A stretch of DNA of 64,000 nt from Bigelowiella natans CCMP2755 (taxonomy: Eukaryota; Protista; Cercozoa): positions 1 to 64,000 of the forward strand of contig ADNK01001387.1 in the NCBI GenBank assembly GCA_000320545.1. The letters are read 5' to 3'. Shown here piece after piece: positions 14,130-28,030 of the stretch; position 1 is the first letter of the stretch; each line of letters starts with the position of its first letter. The position numbers and the translations under genes were made by a program. The notes beneath the pieces are model-generated. The model had not been told where the DNA came from and did not search any database. It saw only the letters and a program-made list of their open reading frames with translations.

Positions 14130-14495
14130 TGTCTGATGCTACTTTTTCCGGTGCATGCACCCCAATGACTCCGTGTATGAAAGACACAGCTAATCGGCGA
14201 GAACAATATCCAGCGAGTGTCTTCTGGATAAGCGTTTGCGTGAAGAGATCGACACCTTTGGCTGGCAAAGGCAGCTGCCGTCGTACGAGGCTCCTTTGTT
14301 ACTTATATTCGCTGTCGTTGTTATTATTATTATTAACTCGAAATGAATGTCGCAATATGAAATTAGCCTAATATTTTGTCTGTACGTCAATAATCTACTA
14401 CGAGCTTGAAGTCGTTGTCGCAACATTAAAACAACCATACATTTCTTCTTTACGTCAAAGATCTACCAAACAACTTGAAACGGAAGGAGATAACA

Positions 14496-14975
14496 ATGGC
14501 AACCGCGGGTGTGGATGCTGGCTCTGGCACTGATGGCGAGAGCAAGGCAGGAGGGGGAGAGGCTCCTATAAATTATCAAATACGGCCACCTTTCAAACGA
14601 ATGTAATGATGAGAGAGAATTTCTGTGATCTAAGAGAGAGTAAAGTTTTTGAAACTAAAAAATGAATGTGAGAATTGTACATGCTTGAATGAAAATATTC
14701 AAAATTTAATCGTCTCAATAGGTTTAAGCCAAACCAAGTGAAGAAAGTAATACGAGAAGTACTGGAGCAAGAGCTATCTGACAAGGTTCTGCCTTTGATT
14801 TATGAGCTAGCTTCCTATACTTGAGCTTCTAGTAACATATTTTAAGAATATAACAATCTTCTACGTCTCTAGAAATATAACCCGTCTGGTGAAGCAGTGA
14901 ATAAGTTGACGAAGCATATTGCAAAAACAGTTAAGAATCGATTAAAAGGTACATGCTTACTCAATCTAACATGAT

Positions 14976-15023
<48 letters not shown>

Positions 15024-15431
15024 GGGCGTACAGGCTTGTCTGAACTTTAAACGAGTTGCCCTTTGATGTACGAAATTACTAATTCTCTCCTTAGAACTTC
15101 CAATGGATAGATACAAGATTGCTGTTCAAGTAATTATAGGGGAGAATAAAGGAGCTGGCATCAGGTAGAGATTCCTACTTTTATACACCAGAAGAAACGA
15201 GAGTGGGAGCTGTGGGTTATATGATTGATATTGTTTGAAATATTCTCTCTCTTTCAGAATGGGATGTCGTACGTTTTGGGACGCACAAACTGATAGAATG
15301 GCGAAAGAGGAATATGAAAACGTATTAGAATATACTCTTGTTGTGCTGAGCTGCCTCAGTTTAATTTGTGTCATTTTGAATAGGAGGAGATCTGGGCAGT
15401 CTGTATAGCTTTTGGTGTTTATTTATACTAG
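14496..15431 (+). CDS. Tctex-1 family dynein light chain (TCTEX1D2/DYNLT2B-like)
   Basis: Spliced translation: NYQIRPPFK..VKKVIREVLEQELSDK..VNKLTKHIAKTVKNRLK..YKIAVQVIIGENKGAGIR..MGCRTFWDAQTDRMAKEEYEN..EEIWAVCIAFGVYLY*. Confidence 0.9.
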
Positions 15432-15519
15432 AATTTTCTGGATAAATGGCCAAGCAGTATTCAATATAATGACATCGTGAATTCTGATGTATAGCGAAGA
15501 TATGACCCTTATAATTGAT

Positions 15520-16270
15520 ACATAAGCGAGTATCACATAGTGTTTTGATGCAAGCCGAGCTACGCACGCAGGCCACAAGTGCATGGCGGTGCGTCGCGTT
15601 TAAGAGCCTTACGGCTCTTAATCGTACCATCATAGCAGCGCGTGCCCCTCCTCGATCGTGCTTTATATGTGTAATGGCGAGATCGATTGCAAGATAATCT
15701 AATAGTGACGCACATATATATACAACGCATCATGCAAATCAAGTTGCAATATTTACAAGCAAAGCAGATAGACACGCATCTGCTAGCATTGTCGTCATGT
15801 GTGTGCGCACGCGTGTACAGCACGATGCATATAAATACGCACAGCATGCGCATGCGATGTGTAGTTACAAGCGTCTTTGGTTGTCATCATGTGCAATCCA
15901 AAACGTGTAGTTTTTTTTCCGTGACAAATGCATCAATGTGATGCGCGATCCACGACCGGGGTCGCACTCTTCGCCCATCGCGACATTGTATAATTGCGAC
16001 GAGCGTGCATGCATATCTAGATATATATGGCGGTCGATCGTCGATGATATAATGACCAGGTATTTAAGTTTACAGTAAGTTTATCAAATATATTGATGCA
16101 TGGACATGTAAAGCGCACATACATGGCGCTACACATAGCGCTAATAATAGCGACTTGCATGCAGTTATATATACAGTCATTTTTATATTTGCTAATAAGT
16201 CCTTAGATACACACATGCCATATACTCACCTACACCTACGACTTATGCACGCTCGCTACGGGGCACTTTA
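15520..16270. other. Weak CA/TG-rich, alternating purine-pyrimidine intergenic island
   Basis: Dense gcatgc, tgtg and caca motifs between convergent genes. TA is only mildly reduced. Confidence 0.45.
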
Positions 16271-16513
16271 ACGTCATTGAGAATAATTATGAAGCAGAAA
16301 GGATAAGGGAGTGTGTGTCAGGGGAATTCGTGCTGACAACGGCATCGGATTTATATTACATGTATATCTCGGATGCCCTTTTCCATAATTTAGACCAGGA
16401 TTCTCTTGCCTTCCTAACGTACAGGAGCATGGATCTCTTCGAACTCGGGGGTACTGCATCTGCTGTCATATCCACTACCACTACCATTAATCTCTAAAAT
16501 ATAATCGATGCGA

Positions 16514-17566
16514 TTAAGTCCATGCCTGCTTCCGTTCTAGCATTTCCTTCGGTGGTTTAGTGTTGAACAGTTCACTTATGATTTCTACGTCAGCTGAGTC
16601 TAGTCCAGTACATTCTCTTGTGGGAATGTGCGGTTTCTTGTCTTTGGACACATCATCCCAGTCAAAATTGATCTCGCAATGGGACTTCTCACATGGTATA
16701 TGCCTCATGCGGTCAATTAGAAAATGCCCCTGAATTTATCAAATGCAAGGTGTGATCGAGGATGTAAGACATAAATTGTCGGAAAAACACATATTAAGCT
16801 ATTTATCAAGAGTAAGATATTCCTGACAACACATTGACAGCCAACCTTCGGAACGCCTGAAAAAGCGAATTTCTGAGAAATGCACTCATTCGGTAGCGAA
16901 GAAAGCATTGAAAAGCCGGGATTGTGATCCAGGGCCCTCTCCTTGTTCGTCTTCCAATCCCAAAGTTCACTGTAGTATATGTACAACCCGTCTTGTGATA
17001 CCTGGAGCCATTAGTTACAGTCTAAGTTTGTATAGTGAAGGAATGTCGTCACGTATCACTTCATACCGTTAATAAACTGGCGTTGCCCTCAAGAAGATTT
17101 TGAATCTGATCGAGTTCCTTCCTTTTTGAAAGCCTTGTACTATGTTTAATTTTATGGAAAAACTTTTCCCCGGTGGATTTGCATACAAATACAACGTAGT
17201 CTCTCCGTGAAACGTCGAAGTTTTGATGGATCAGCCCGGAGCCGACATCCTGTAGTACAGTTCCACGGCGTCTTAAAGAGTGGACATTCTCCCTTGGTAC
17301 TCGACACTTCACCATGCGAGGACCCCTGCACAATATGGTTCACTGAGAATGCACAACATCTTCTAGCATGAGCATCTATAATCGCCACACCCTTCATTGT
17401 CGATAACTCGTAACTGGATTGCCACCCTGCCGGATTGGGATTTGCCAGAGTTTCTCTCGCTCGTTTCGAGAACTATCCCAAGACAGTTGTTGTACTCAGT
17501 TTTCGTCGATAGCCCCTTCACCGTCACCAGAGTCCCTGGGGAGATGTCGGAGGTATCGGTCGCCAT
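16514..17566 (-). CDS. Hypothetical protein with an N-terminal KOW/SH3-like motif
   Basis: MATDTSDISPGTLVTVKGLSTKTEYNNCLGIV resembles the G..V.V.GL......N...G.V motif. Further exons are in ORFs 17061-17333, 16717-16986 and 16514-16708. Confidence 0.6.
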
Positions 17567-17796
17567 GCGCCGTTCCGTTGTCGTTGATCCCTGCAACAAC
17601 CTGGGTGCGAGCACTGCACGAGAAGACTACAAGAGAACCTTCTACTACGACATGGAAACCAGGATGTCGCAGGACCTAAACGACATCTAAATGACCTCTA
17701 TCATCTTAATATTCGGGTAGACAAAAAAAAAGCGGAGAATCACCAGAGAGAGAGAGCACTGCACGATCACATTACATCTGCTTCTAAACTGAAGAG

Positions 17797-19568
17797 ATGG
17801 CGGAGGATCTGGATGGCAACGCTTATGTTGAAACTGATGTTGTGGGCAATATTGGGGAAGATGGCATGGGTGGAAGTGATGATGACTTCGATCCCTTCCT
17901 GCTAAATCCAAGTGAGTCTTAAAAATTTTATTGCAAGAAGTCCAGGAGCCGTTATCATCTCCTGTTTTCAAGAAGGTGTCAAAGATGTCGTTCACCGCAA
18001 AACTTCTACGTTCGAACCGGGTAAGTATTGTCTGATAATTATACTTTGTGAGCCGGCTGAAGCTTTGCTTTGTAATTAGAATCGAAAAGCAAGAGTGATC
18101 AGAACGGTGTCTCAGCTAAGGTATTGACCTAACTTCGACGGAAAGAATCTTCACATCACACTTATCATTACAGAAAAAAACAACCTCAGCAAAGAAGAGA
18201 AAACGATTGGAAAAGATGCGAGAAAAAAGGAAACAGTTTCGACGAGGAAAGGGTGGAAGAGAGCAGCATCCTCTCGGTAGTACAAATCCCATTAGAATGA
18301 TTCTTCAGATGTTCAATAGATACTACCACCATCAGCTGGAGACGTACAGTTGCTTAGCTGTGATGAACAAGCAAAACGTGTCAGAAAATTTTATGTGGAG
18401 GGAGTCACCAGATTAGGTTGTTTATTGGTTTGTGTTGTGTGGGGCAATAAATCCATTAAGCGCTGAATAGTGAACTTGATCTATATTAGGAACGCCATTC
18501 TCAGAGCTTGAGATAGAAGAAGTACAATACATTCTAGTTCGTCCATCGTGCTACTTTCCAATGACTCGTTGACATTAGGTTTCGAAGGTATTAAGACCTG
18601 ATACAGTCATAAAGAGTATTATTGTGCCACAATCTGATGTAAAGAAGAGCACTAAAGATAATAAAGGCTGGGAGGTCGGTGTGAGATCACTTGCGGCTAC
18701 AATCAAGAGTAAAACATTATTCCAGACTTTTCCATAGTTTGAATCGCTAAATACAATTCGAATACTTAGAATTTTTCGGCAAGGATTGGAATGGGATTCT
18801 GGTAAATCCTAAATTATCTGTAGCTATTATTCACAACATCCATTGTTTATGATACAACAGCGTACCCCTGTAAGGAAAGGACATGTTGCCAATTTGAAGG
18901 GAAGTGGGCCGCATGTGCTTGTACTTACATTATCTGCCAATAGGTGAAAGAGCCTTCCTAATCTACTTGTAATCTACTTGTCCATTTAATTTTCGACTGT
19001 AATGTTGAGGGTTGATTTGTATCTTACTGCAGAGCTACCAGCATCATTCGTGGTCTCAAAGCAAAATTAAAAATATCTAATTTGCGTATCGCGAAGCTTT
19101 TTGCGCGGCACATGAAGCCAGCGCAGCAAGAATCATTTCTTAAGGGTAATTTATATGTTTATGTAGTCTGTCAATAACTAACATTCTTGTTCCTGCAGAG
19201 GGGTGCAGTTTGGCAGTAGGAACGCCGTCACGTGTGCAAAAATTGATTGACGTAAGTCCTTCAACTATCTACTGAATTTCTTGACAATCAAGTTATCAGT
19301 TAGGTTCTTTGGACTTAAAATCCGTTTCTTTAATCTGTTTCGATATGAAGAAAGATGCGAAGAAGTTGCAGATATTCACGGTGTTACTTCACTATTTACT
19401 TAAATTAGAATGAAAACCTCAGAATTCATTGTGAACGTGTTGAATAAACAGCTAAAAGATATGGAACGGGACATGCTGAAACTTTTCCATAGTCATATTT
19501 ATCCATCAATGGCCGAGACCACGATGAAAAAGGCAGCACAGAAATCGCAAAAACTTTGTTTCTTTTAA
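17797..19568 (+). CDS. CMS1: Cms1/CMSS1 ribosomal small-subunit biogenesis factor (DEAD-like half domain)
   Basis: Starts MAEDLDGNAY and has a Lys-rich linker. The core reads GSGPHVLVLTLSANRATSIIRGLK..RIAKLFARHMKPAQQESFLK..VQFAVGTPSRVQKLID.GSLDLKSVSLICFDMKKDAK. Confidence 0.85.
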
Positions 19569-19658
19569 GAGAATCTTCAATAACCTTAATCTCACAAAGT
19601 ACCGCTCTGAACGTATGTTGAGGCAATAGACTGATGGATAAAAAGGCCACGGTTTGTT

Positions 19659-19695
<37 letters not shown>

Positions 19696-19949
19696 GACTA
19701 TCTACGTGTATGTACTCACATGTATATGCTATGTTTAAATGCATACGGCACATTGTGATACGTTACCCTAATTCAACATAGTCAACCAAAGCAACACATT
19801 GAAACCGCGTACGTATAGTTAGGATTGTTGAATCTGCAGCAATAACAGATGATGAACAAACAACTGGAGATCGTGAGGACATTCATGTTGTTGTGAGGCG
19901 CGGCGCACGTGCCACACGTTCCTAAGGTTCTGCTGCGCGCAGCTACCCA

Positions 19950-21180
19950 ACCAGAGCCCTAATAAAGGCTCTGTTTATGTACGCCTTGTGTGACAGGAGT
20001 AAATTTTCGATGTTGAGTTTGCGTCCGCCTAGCATCGCGTCCACATGCGCATGCACGTGTACGTGCAAAATCACCACACACACACACATGATGCACACGT
20101 GCACAACACATTTTGGCATGTGCATGCAGCTCACACACAGTTCACATGCGATGAAGCACAATGGCACGCATGCTAGCATGCGTGCAGCTAGGCAGTGGCG
20201 GTGCACATGCGTGAAACACACACATGAACAAGATTGTGCGCACACATGTCTAGCAGATGTGCCCGCGGCCTGCAGATCTAGAGATGTCAAAATGTGCAGA
20301 TGAACTTGTCATGCACAACCAGAGCCCCATAGGTTCTGTTTCAAAACATGGACAAAGCCAGAATAAAGGTTGCACATTGCGTGACGTTGTCGCATGCTGC
20401 AACACGACAATCCAGCAATGTTCAGCACACCAATCCAGCAATGTTGTTGACATTATCGATCATCGATTGATCCACCCTAGCAGGGCACACATCCAACACC
20501 AACATGGCGCGGCGTGCTGTGCTGGCGTGTGCGCGCATGAAAGCACGCTAGCACGATGCATGCTGGCAGGCATTGAGATGCAGAGATGTTTGGCTAGTTT
20601 TGTGTGCTCAGATTGCATGTGCAACCCCGCCAAGCTTTGAGCTTGTGTGCAATGGGTGCGATGCAGACACAGATACAGCTTGCGTAAACGCGTGTCTGAC
20701 GGTGTGTGCACGTCGATCTGCCACGTTCTTCAATCCATGCGTGCACGTACGTCTGACGTCCACGTGTGTGCCAGGAAGCTTCAGAGCTTCTCAGAGCCAA
20801 CAGGTGGCCATCTGAATTTTGTCTCAAGGTCGCACTGGCAGGTGGAAGTTTGAGTGTGCTGGTCCAGTGGTGCCAGGGTGTGCAGTGTGGTTTGTCTAGC
20901 TGTGGCTTGTGAGTTGGGCACAGGCCCCTGTCACTTTTGACAATTGACTTTTGACCTCCTGCGATTTCTTCTGCCGTCTGTGACTCAGTGCCACTGCTTT
21001 CCAAAATGCACTGACCACGGCACAGGAGTCCTCCCCACCAATTCTCTTGCCAGAGTTTGCAAACCTTGCTTGCTTGTGGCTGGTCTCATCATCATTGCAA
21101 ATGGATGGAGTCTTCGTGGTGTCTCGGACGATGTTCCACAGACGCTGCCACACACAGCATTGGTGGCGATAGAACTGGTG
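19950..21180. other. TpA-depleted intergenic island
   Basis: About 16 TA in 20041-21180 by hand count, 8 of them in CTAG. Several 60-nt lines have no TA at all. Confidence 0.85.
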
Positions 21181-21331
21181 CGACTATGGAAAGAAGCAAA
21201 ACTGGATGCGATGCCCATTCGAAATATCTTCAAACCAGAGCAAAACACATTGTCGCAAATGACAATTTCCATCCTTTCAGTACCAAGAATTGCCGTGTCG
21301 ATAAAGCTCACGCTCACGCACTGAGGACTTA

Positions 21332-22304
21332 ATGGATTTACCCTCCTCAAAACGCAGTGCCAGTGGCCATGCGGATGATATCCCCAGGAAGAGTGCAAAC
21401 GAAAGAGGCCACCACCGCGATAGGGACGGTGAACAAGAAAAAGATTATTCTGGAAGACGGTCCGTCTCAATCGATGTTCTGTCTGCCAAGATTTAAAGTT
21501 CTTAATTAGATCGATGTTAATTACTATCTACAGGGAGGAAAGGCGAAAGCATGGTGATCGTGATCGAGATCGTGATAGACGTCGCCGCGACAGAGAACGA
21601 GACAGGCATTCGATGAGCTAACATGACGTAAATCTAGAAAGAATGCTGAACCAACGTTACTACAACAAACACAGGAATGGAGACCGGGAGAGAAGTAGTA
21701 AGGGTGAAAAGCGAAGAAGAGGAAAGGGTGAGAACAAGAACGAGGATGCTAAAGTAAGTCTGATCTAATGAGCCGAAAATGTCGGTATCACTAATCTAAC
21801 CCTCCTCCTATCAAAAAGGATGATGATGATGATCTAGGAAAAGGCGAGTCAGGTTCGAAGAAGCTGACAGATCATCGCAATAAGGACAGTAGCAGCAGCA
21901 GAGAACAACGAGATAGAGGAGGAGGAGGAGGAGGAGGGGGAGAGAGGGAAAGATCAAGGAAAGAGTCAAGTCGTAGCAGTCGCAGGTGAGAAAGTGCGCA
22001 AACTCCTATGTAAAAGCAGCTACTAACGGCGATTGAATCATAATCACACCACCAACACCAACACCAACACCAACAATATATTACTGCGGCAGCAGGAGGC
22101 GGCGCAATGATCGTGATCGACGCAGGAGACGGCGTAGGTCACCATCTGAATCAGAATCTGAAAGGTATTTGTTGTTTTTGTTATTGTTGTTGTTGTCGTA
22201 TGTTCTGGGCGACAACACTTAATATCATCAACCTCATAATGAAATGCATCTTCTTCTTCTTCACTTGATCATAAATCCCTCTTCCTGGTGCCAATCAATA
22301 AGAA

Positions 22305-22346
<42 letters not shown>

Positions 22347-23609
22347 CAGTGATTCAACATCGAGTTCAGAAGAAGAACAAAAAAGAAAGAAGAAGCGCAA
22401 ATCAAACTTCGGCCCAAAGCCCGTGGTAGTAATAATAAAAATAACAACAACAAGCTGCAGCAAATGCTGCATGATAGTCTATAGTAATGATATGGTAAAT
22501 TGCTCTACAGATTCCTGAGGCGACAGGGAAACAAGCAGCGGCGGCAGCAGCAGCAGCGATAGCTGCAAGTAACCGATGACTGAATTCTATTATGAAATAC
22601 CACAACTACTGCTACCACTGCTACATATTATTCTCATTAAGAGCGAGAGAATTTGCTATAATAGAAAAACATAAAGAGGAGGGTAATCTATTGCTGTTAC
22701 TATTAAATATTTGTATAATACTTATTATAATTACAATATATTAAGTAATCATTGCTACTGGTGGAATTATGAACAATATCATATCTGAAAAGAAATTGGG
22801 GCAAACACTGCTACTACACCTACTACAAATGATCCAAGGTGCTGCTACTGATGCTGCTGCTGCTGCAGTGTCATGTTATCATGTTGATCGTGCCATCATC
22901 ATTATCATCATCATCATCATCATCATCAGGATCCTCGCTGGAATATCAGGATCATCGATGCCAAACTTGGTAGTAGGAAGAGAACAACTCCTTCTACGTA
23001 CGTATGCATGTGCATAAATCATTTACTTACAAGTGGTATATTGTGTGAAATCATCGATCAGATTGGGGGAGGTGCTTTGATGGCGGCTCAGCTAATGGCA
23101 GCACAGAATGTTCAGGTGGTTGATGCTTGTGCTAGTATTCTGTTGTCTCTCATCAGAAGATGATTGATTTACTGATTGTTGATGATGATGATGATGATAA
23201 TGATGATGATGATTCAACCAGCATACTTCTTGCTAGTTCATTATCACCATCGTCATGATGATGATTATTATAACCATTGATTATTATTATAATCATCATT
23301 ATTATTTTTATCTTTCTATTATCATCATCCACCAGCCTGTCATCATCATCATCATCATCATCATCATCAATCATCATCGTCATCATTATTCTTCTTGTTC
23401 TCCTTATTCAGATGGCTACTGTGAATCCTGAAGTGACTCGACAAGCAAGGCGTTTATACATCGGAAATCTGCCTGTGAGCATGGGTTAGTACTAGTACTA
23501 ATAGTCTTACACCTATTCTATCATGCTGTATTAAGAATGTATGTGATACAGATGATGATGATGATGATGATGATGATGACGACGATGATTATGACAAGAA
23601 ATATTCCGT

Positions 23610-23663
<54 letters not shown>

Positions 23664-23780
23664 GCTGCTGCTGACGATGATAATGTTGGTGATGTTGGTG
23701 ATGGTGATCTTAGGCCTAACGAATGATATGCTGATGAACTTCTTCTCGCAAACAGTAGCGAGTCTTGGTAATAGTAAATG

Positions 23781-23812
<32 letters not shown>

Positions 23813-25025
23813 ATGATAATAGAAGCGCTGGCAATTGTACTAACGTAGTCATAAGTAGCTAGCCCTTAATAATGAATGAATACCTTTGAAATATTACTTA
23901 CTTGTACTACCAAAACAGCAGTTTAATAGACACTTGCTTGTCTATGATGATCAGTCATAAGTATGAGTCGTATTTATGCTTCATAAAACACTGACTGTAC
24001 TCACTCTATCCCCCCTCTCCCTTTTCTTTCGTCTTCTTTCTCAAAGGAATTACGACGAAACACCCCATCGTTTCAGTGTGGATCAGTCAGCAAGGAACTT
24101 TCTGTGTAATGCTCATCAAGCATATGTGTCAACCACTAATGTGCTTGACTATATTTTAACAGTTATCCTATCTTAATAGTCACTAATTGATTTACAAAGA
24201 TGATAGTCATAATACTAAGCTTTGGATGTTTGTACATGTGTGCGGAGATGATAAGTCTTCTGCATCTTTCTTACTTAATGACCTCCTCCTCCTCCTCCTC
24301 CTCCTCCTCCTCCTTGACAGTATGCCGATTACCATATGATTTATGATGACCGACCTCTCTCTTAACAACAATACAACAACAATAACAACAACAACAACAA
24401 CAACACAGTTTGTCGAGTTCCGTTCTGTGCAAGACGCAAATAATGCCATGGTAATATAAGAATAGTGATGATGATGAGGAGGAGGATGAGGAGGGGTGGT
24501 GGTGATGGTGGTGGTTATGGAGTAGTTGTGGTGTTTGACTCTTCATCATCATCATCATGTTGTTGTTGTTGTTTTATAAGACATTGCTGAATGGTCTATC
24601 TCTGGGAGGGCGATTACTGAGAATAGGCCGACCTGCTGACTATAAGCCTGTTCCAGCTCATTTGGGTACTAGTACTACCCGAAAGTAGTAGTAGTACAAG
24701 GGAGGAGGAGGAGGAGGAGGATCGTCATAAGGAATTATCATAATCATCAACAACAACTTCCTACAGCGTCGTTGTCGTGTGGGATGATTATCATCATGAT
24801 GATAACAATAATGGGGGGAATTAGATAAAATATATATAATATTTTTTCAAAATTTTCCGATTGAACAACTAAAAAAAAAGACCAGCATTAGGAAATGAGG
24901 ATATAATAATGATGATAATAATAATGATAATGATAATGAGAGTGGATAAACCATCATCTATTTAATGGATAATACAAATGAAGAAAATGCGTCATACAAT
25001 TTGCTAGAGAACTCACACAAACACA

Positions 25026-25063
<38 letters not shown>

Positions 25064-25162
25064 TCACACAAAGTTATTGTTGTTATTGTTTATTTGCATG
25101 TTTCCTGCTGCTGTCTGTAAACAGCGAACTACGTAGCTCCGATTCCCCCAAATCTTAGTCAA

Positions 25163-25200
<38 letters not shown>

Positions 25201-26737
25201 CAGTGCTTCAGAATCGATGATGATGATACTAGTGAAACAAGGATGCCGACGATAATGATTGATGATGATGATGATAATGATCATGATGATGATGATGATG
25301 ATGATGATTCCAGTTGGAATGTTTTATATCTCTGAAGCATGCATATTGTTGAACGAATAAGAAGAAAAAGAAGAAGAAAACAGGGGTTGGTTGCTGTTGT
25401 TAAATGATGATGATCATAAACCGCCTTGAGTAGTTCCCAAGGAGCTAAATCATAGGAGTAGTAGCTGTTGTTTTAGCAGTCGCTGCAGATAGTTGTTGTG
25501 CTTTTTCACGTACTCATTCACTCACTCGTGCTAACAACCCTCCTCTTCCTCCTCCTCCTCCTCCTCCTCCTCCTCCTCCTCCTCCTACTACTACTACTAC
25601 TAATCGTACGTAGCATTTGCAATGCAGCAGCAGCAGATGCAGAAGCAAAGAGCAGCAACGAACTTGGTAGTAGTAGTAGTAGTAGCAGTCATAATAATAA
25701 GAAGGAGATGTGTGGATGGTAGAAGAAGTAGGATAGTAATAATAATAAGAAGAAGAAGAAGAAGCGTGGATAGTAGAAGAAGAAGAAAAAAAAGTAGGAG
25801 GAGGAGGAGGAGGAGGAGAGGAGAAGGAATAGTTGATGGTGCCGCTGATAATGATGATAGTTCGCATAGCTGCTCCTTGTTATTGGTCCGTCCTACCTGC
25901 ATTTGGTAGTATAAAATAGATATGGCTCTTCTCGTCTTCTGTATATTATATAATCATATATTATTTATTAGGAGGGGGGACAACGATCTAATGCTACTAC
26001 CAATCAGGGGGGAGAGGCAACACCGGTCGTCTGATATACAATCTTGCACTACTACTACTACTGTCGTTTGTTTTTTACACGAGGATCAAACCCATCATCA
26101 TCAACAACAACATATACATATACATATACATATCAATTGCTTCGATCTGCTATTATTATTGTTATCATTATTATCATCATTGGAACACAGAAGTAGGTTG
26201 TCATCGCTAACCTTCCATTTTTATTGGGATCCATTGTTGTAGTTATTATTATTATTATTTAGAATAATAATAATAATAATAATAAGTGCTAGAACTAGTA
26301 GACATATATTGAGTGAATTACAAGCAAAATTAACAACAGCGACCGATGATGATTTTGGATGATGATGATGATGATGATAATAAAAAAGGTTTTGCTACTA
26401 CTCAACATGGTGACAGCCTCGGAACTTATTGATGACGATGAATATAACGACATTAGAAATCAGGTAATGATAATGAGGGGGATGAGGAGGGAAGATGAAA
26501 ATAGCGGTTTAATGATGGATGAAGCAAACATTTGTAGTAGTACGTACCAGTGAACAAAGAAATTACCACATGCATCATCGTCACTACAATTCTCTTCTAT
26601 ATGCTGCCTCTCCTCCCCATATAAGAAGGGAAAGGCACATGGATCTAATATTTACTGTTGTTGAGCAATAATATCTAAATATCGTTGCCGAATAGTAACC
26701 ACCGCTTTAAGTGCTGGCTGAAAATAGTACATCTATC

Positions 26738-26775
<38 letters not shown>

Positions 26776-26850
26776 TTATTTATTTTTATAATATTTATAT
26801 CCATCTTTCTATCTGAACGATACATACATTCATTCAACAACGAATATGTG

Positions 26851-26883
<33 letters not shown>

Positions 26884-27477
26884 TATAATCATCTCATCAT
26901 CATCGTCGTTGTCACAGGTTGGTACGGAGTGTGAAAAGTTCGGTCAAGTTTTGAGCGTCATTATCCCTAGACCCAATCAGAATATTGGCGATGACGATGC
27001 GGAGGTTGGTTAATAAGATATTAGGAGGAAGAGAAGAAGAAGAAGAAGAAGAAGAAGAAGAAGAAAAGGGCACACATATTAATTTGTATACAAGCGTGCT
27101 TTGGCTGCGCTCAAATGTAATAAATGATTATGTTAAGGACGACGAAGATGACGATGATGATGATGATGACGAAAAGGCGGTAGATACTCAAGCAGGTGTT
27201 GGTCGTATTTTTGTGAGGTAAAAGATCTAAACCACATCGAAATAATAGCTTTCCATAAAAGAGGACTTCTTGAAGATATCATTGACTATATAGGTATGCG
27301 AACCAAGAGCAAGCGCGAGTCGCGCGCACCAAGCTACATGGACGACAATTTGGAGGGAATAGGGTATGAATGCCATATATTTCATCTAAGATTGGATTAA
27401 TAACACTTGCGTACCAGGTTGAATGCCGATTTTACCCAGTTGACAAGCTCCAAGCAGCTGATTATACTTTCAGTTAA
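21332..27477 (+). CDS. U2AF2: Splicing factor U2AF large subunit (U2AF65), many small exons
   Basis: RS/RD-rich N-terminus. RRM1 reads VTRQARRLYIGNLP..FVEFRSVQDANNA..LNGLSLGGRLLRIGRPADYKP. The UHM reads VLLLLNMVTASELIDDDEYNDI..ECEKFGQVLSVIIPRP..GVGRIFV..LHGRQFGGN..VECRFYPVDKLQAADYTFS*. Confidence 0.92.
22950..27200. repeat. Dense trinucleotide microsatellites (ATC/GAT, TAG/CTA, GAG/CTC, AAC, AAT, AGA) filling the U2AF65 introns
   Basis: Directly visible. They account for most of the poly-amino-acid ORFs in the supplied track. Confidence 0.95.
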
Positions 27478-27639
27478 GTTGTTTACTTTTTGGGAAGAAA
27501 TTGTAAGTTTTCTCCGAGGCGAAGTTTTCAAATGGAAATCGAATGCTGCATAGGCTCTTCTTATCCGACGCATCCATTTGCGAGTGTTTATTAAGTTGTC
27601 AGTTAGTCATGCATTCTGATTCAGGCAGGTTGACTGCGT

Positions 27640-27989
27640 ATCGTAGACTAGTAGATAAGAGGCGAATGAATTCGCACTGCCAAGCTAGCAGGCGTTCATG
27701 TGCGCAGTGAATGTCTTGATGTATATGATTCAGATAAAATACATCACACTGTGCTAGGCCTAGAGTATGCTAGGCTAGGCAACGAGGGCCGAATGTTGCA
27801 AATTCTGTCCCTGGAGGCACCTTTGTAGTAGACATATGCATGCAATCGTGTCAACTCATATCACTACACAAGTCTAAAAGTCTTGCGCCGCTGAAACACA
27901 CAAATACACACTGCATTTGCGCCAGTGAACTAGTTCACAGAGTGCGTCTACGCGTGTGGCATGCTAGCATGTACCACACAGACTAGAAA

Positions 27990-28030
<41 letters not shown>

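Noticed and set aside
20985-21470. 161-aa minus-strand ORF that looked like a retroelement fragment
   Set aside because: No RT, integrase or transposase motif was found. Its 5' part is antisense to U2AF65 exon 1 and the rest lies in stop-depleted island DNA.
22269-27221. Poly-I/Y, poly-D, poly-L and poly-H ORFs (also 634-957 in part, 4065-5085, 12546-12848 and 35052-35463)
   Set aside because: These are translations of intronic microsatellites.
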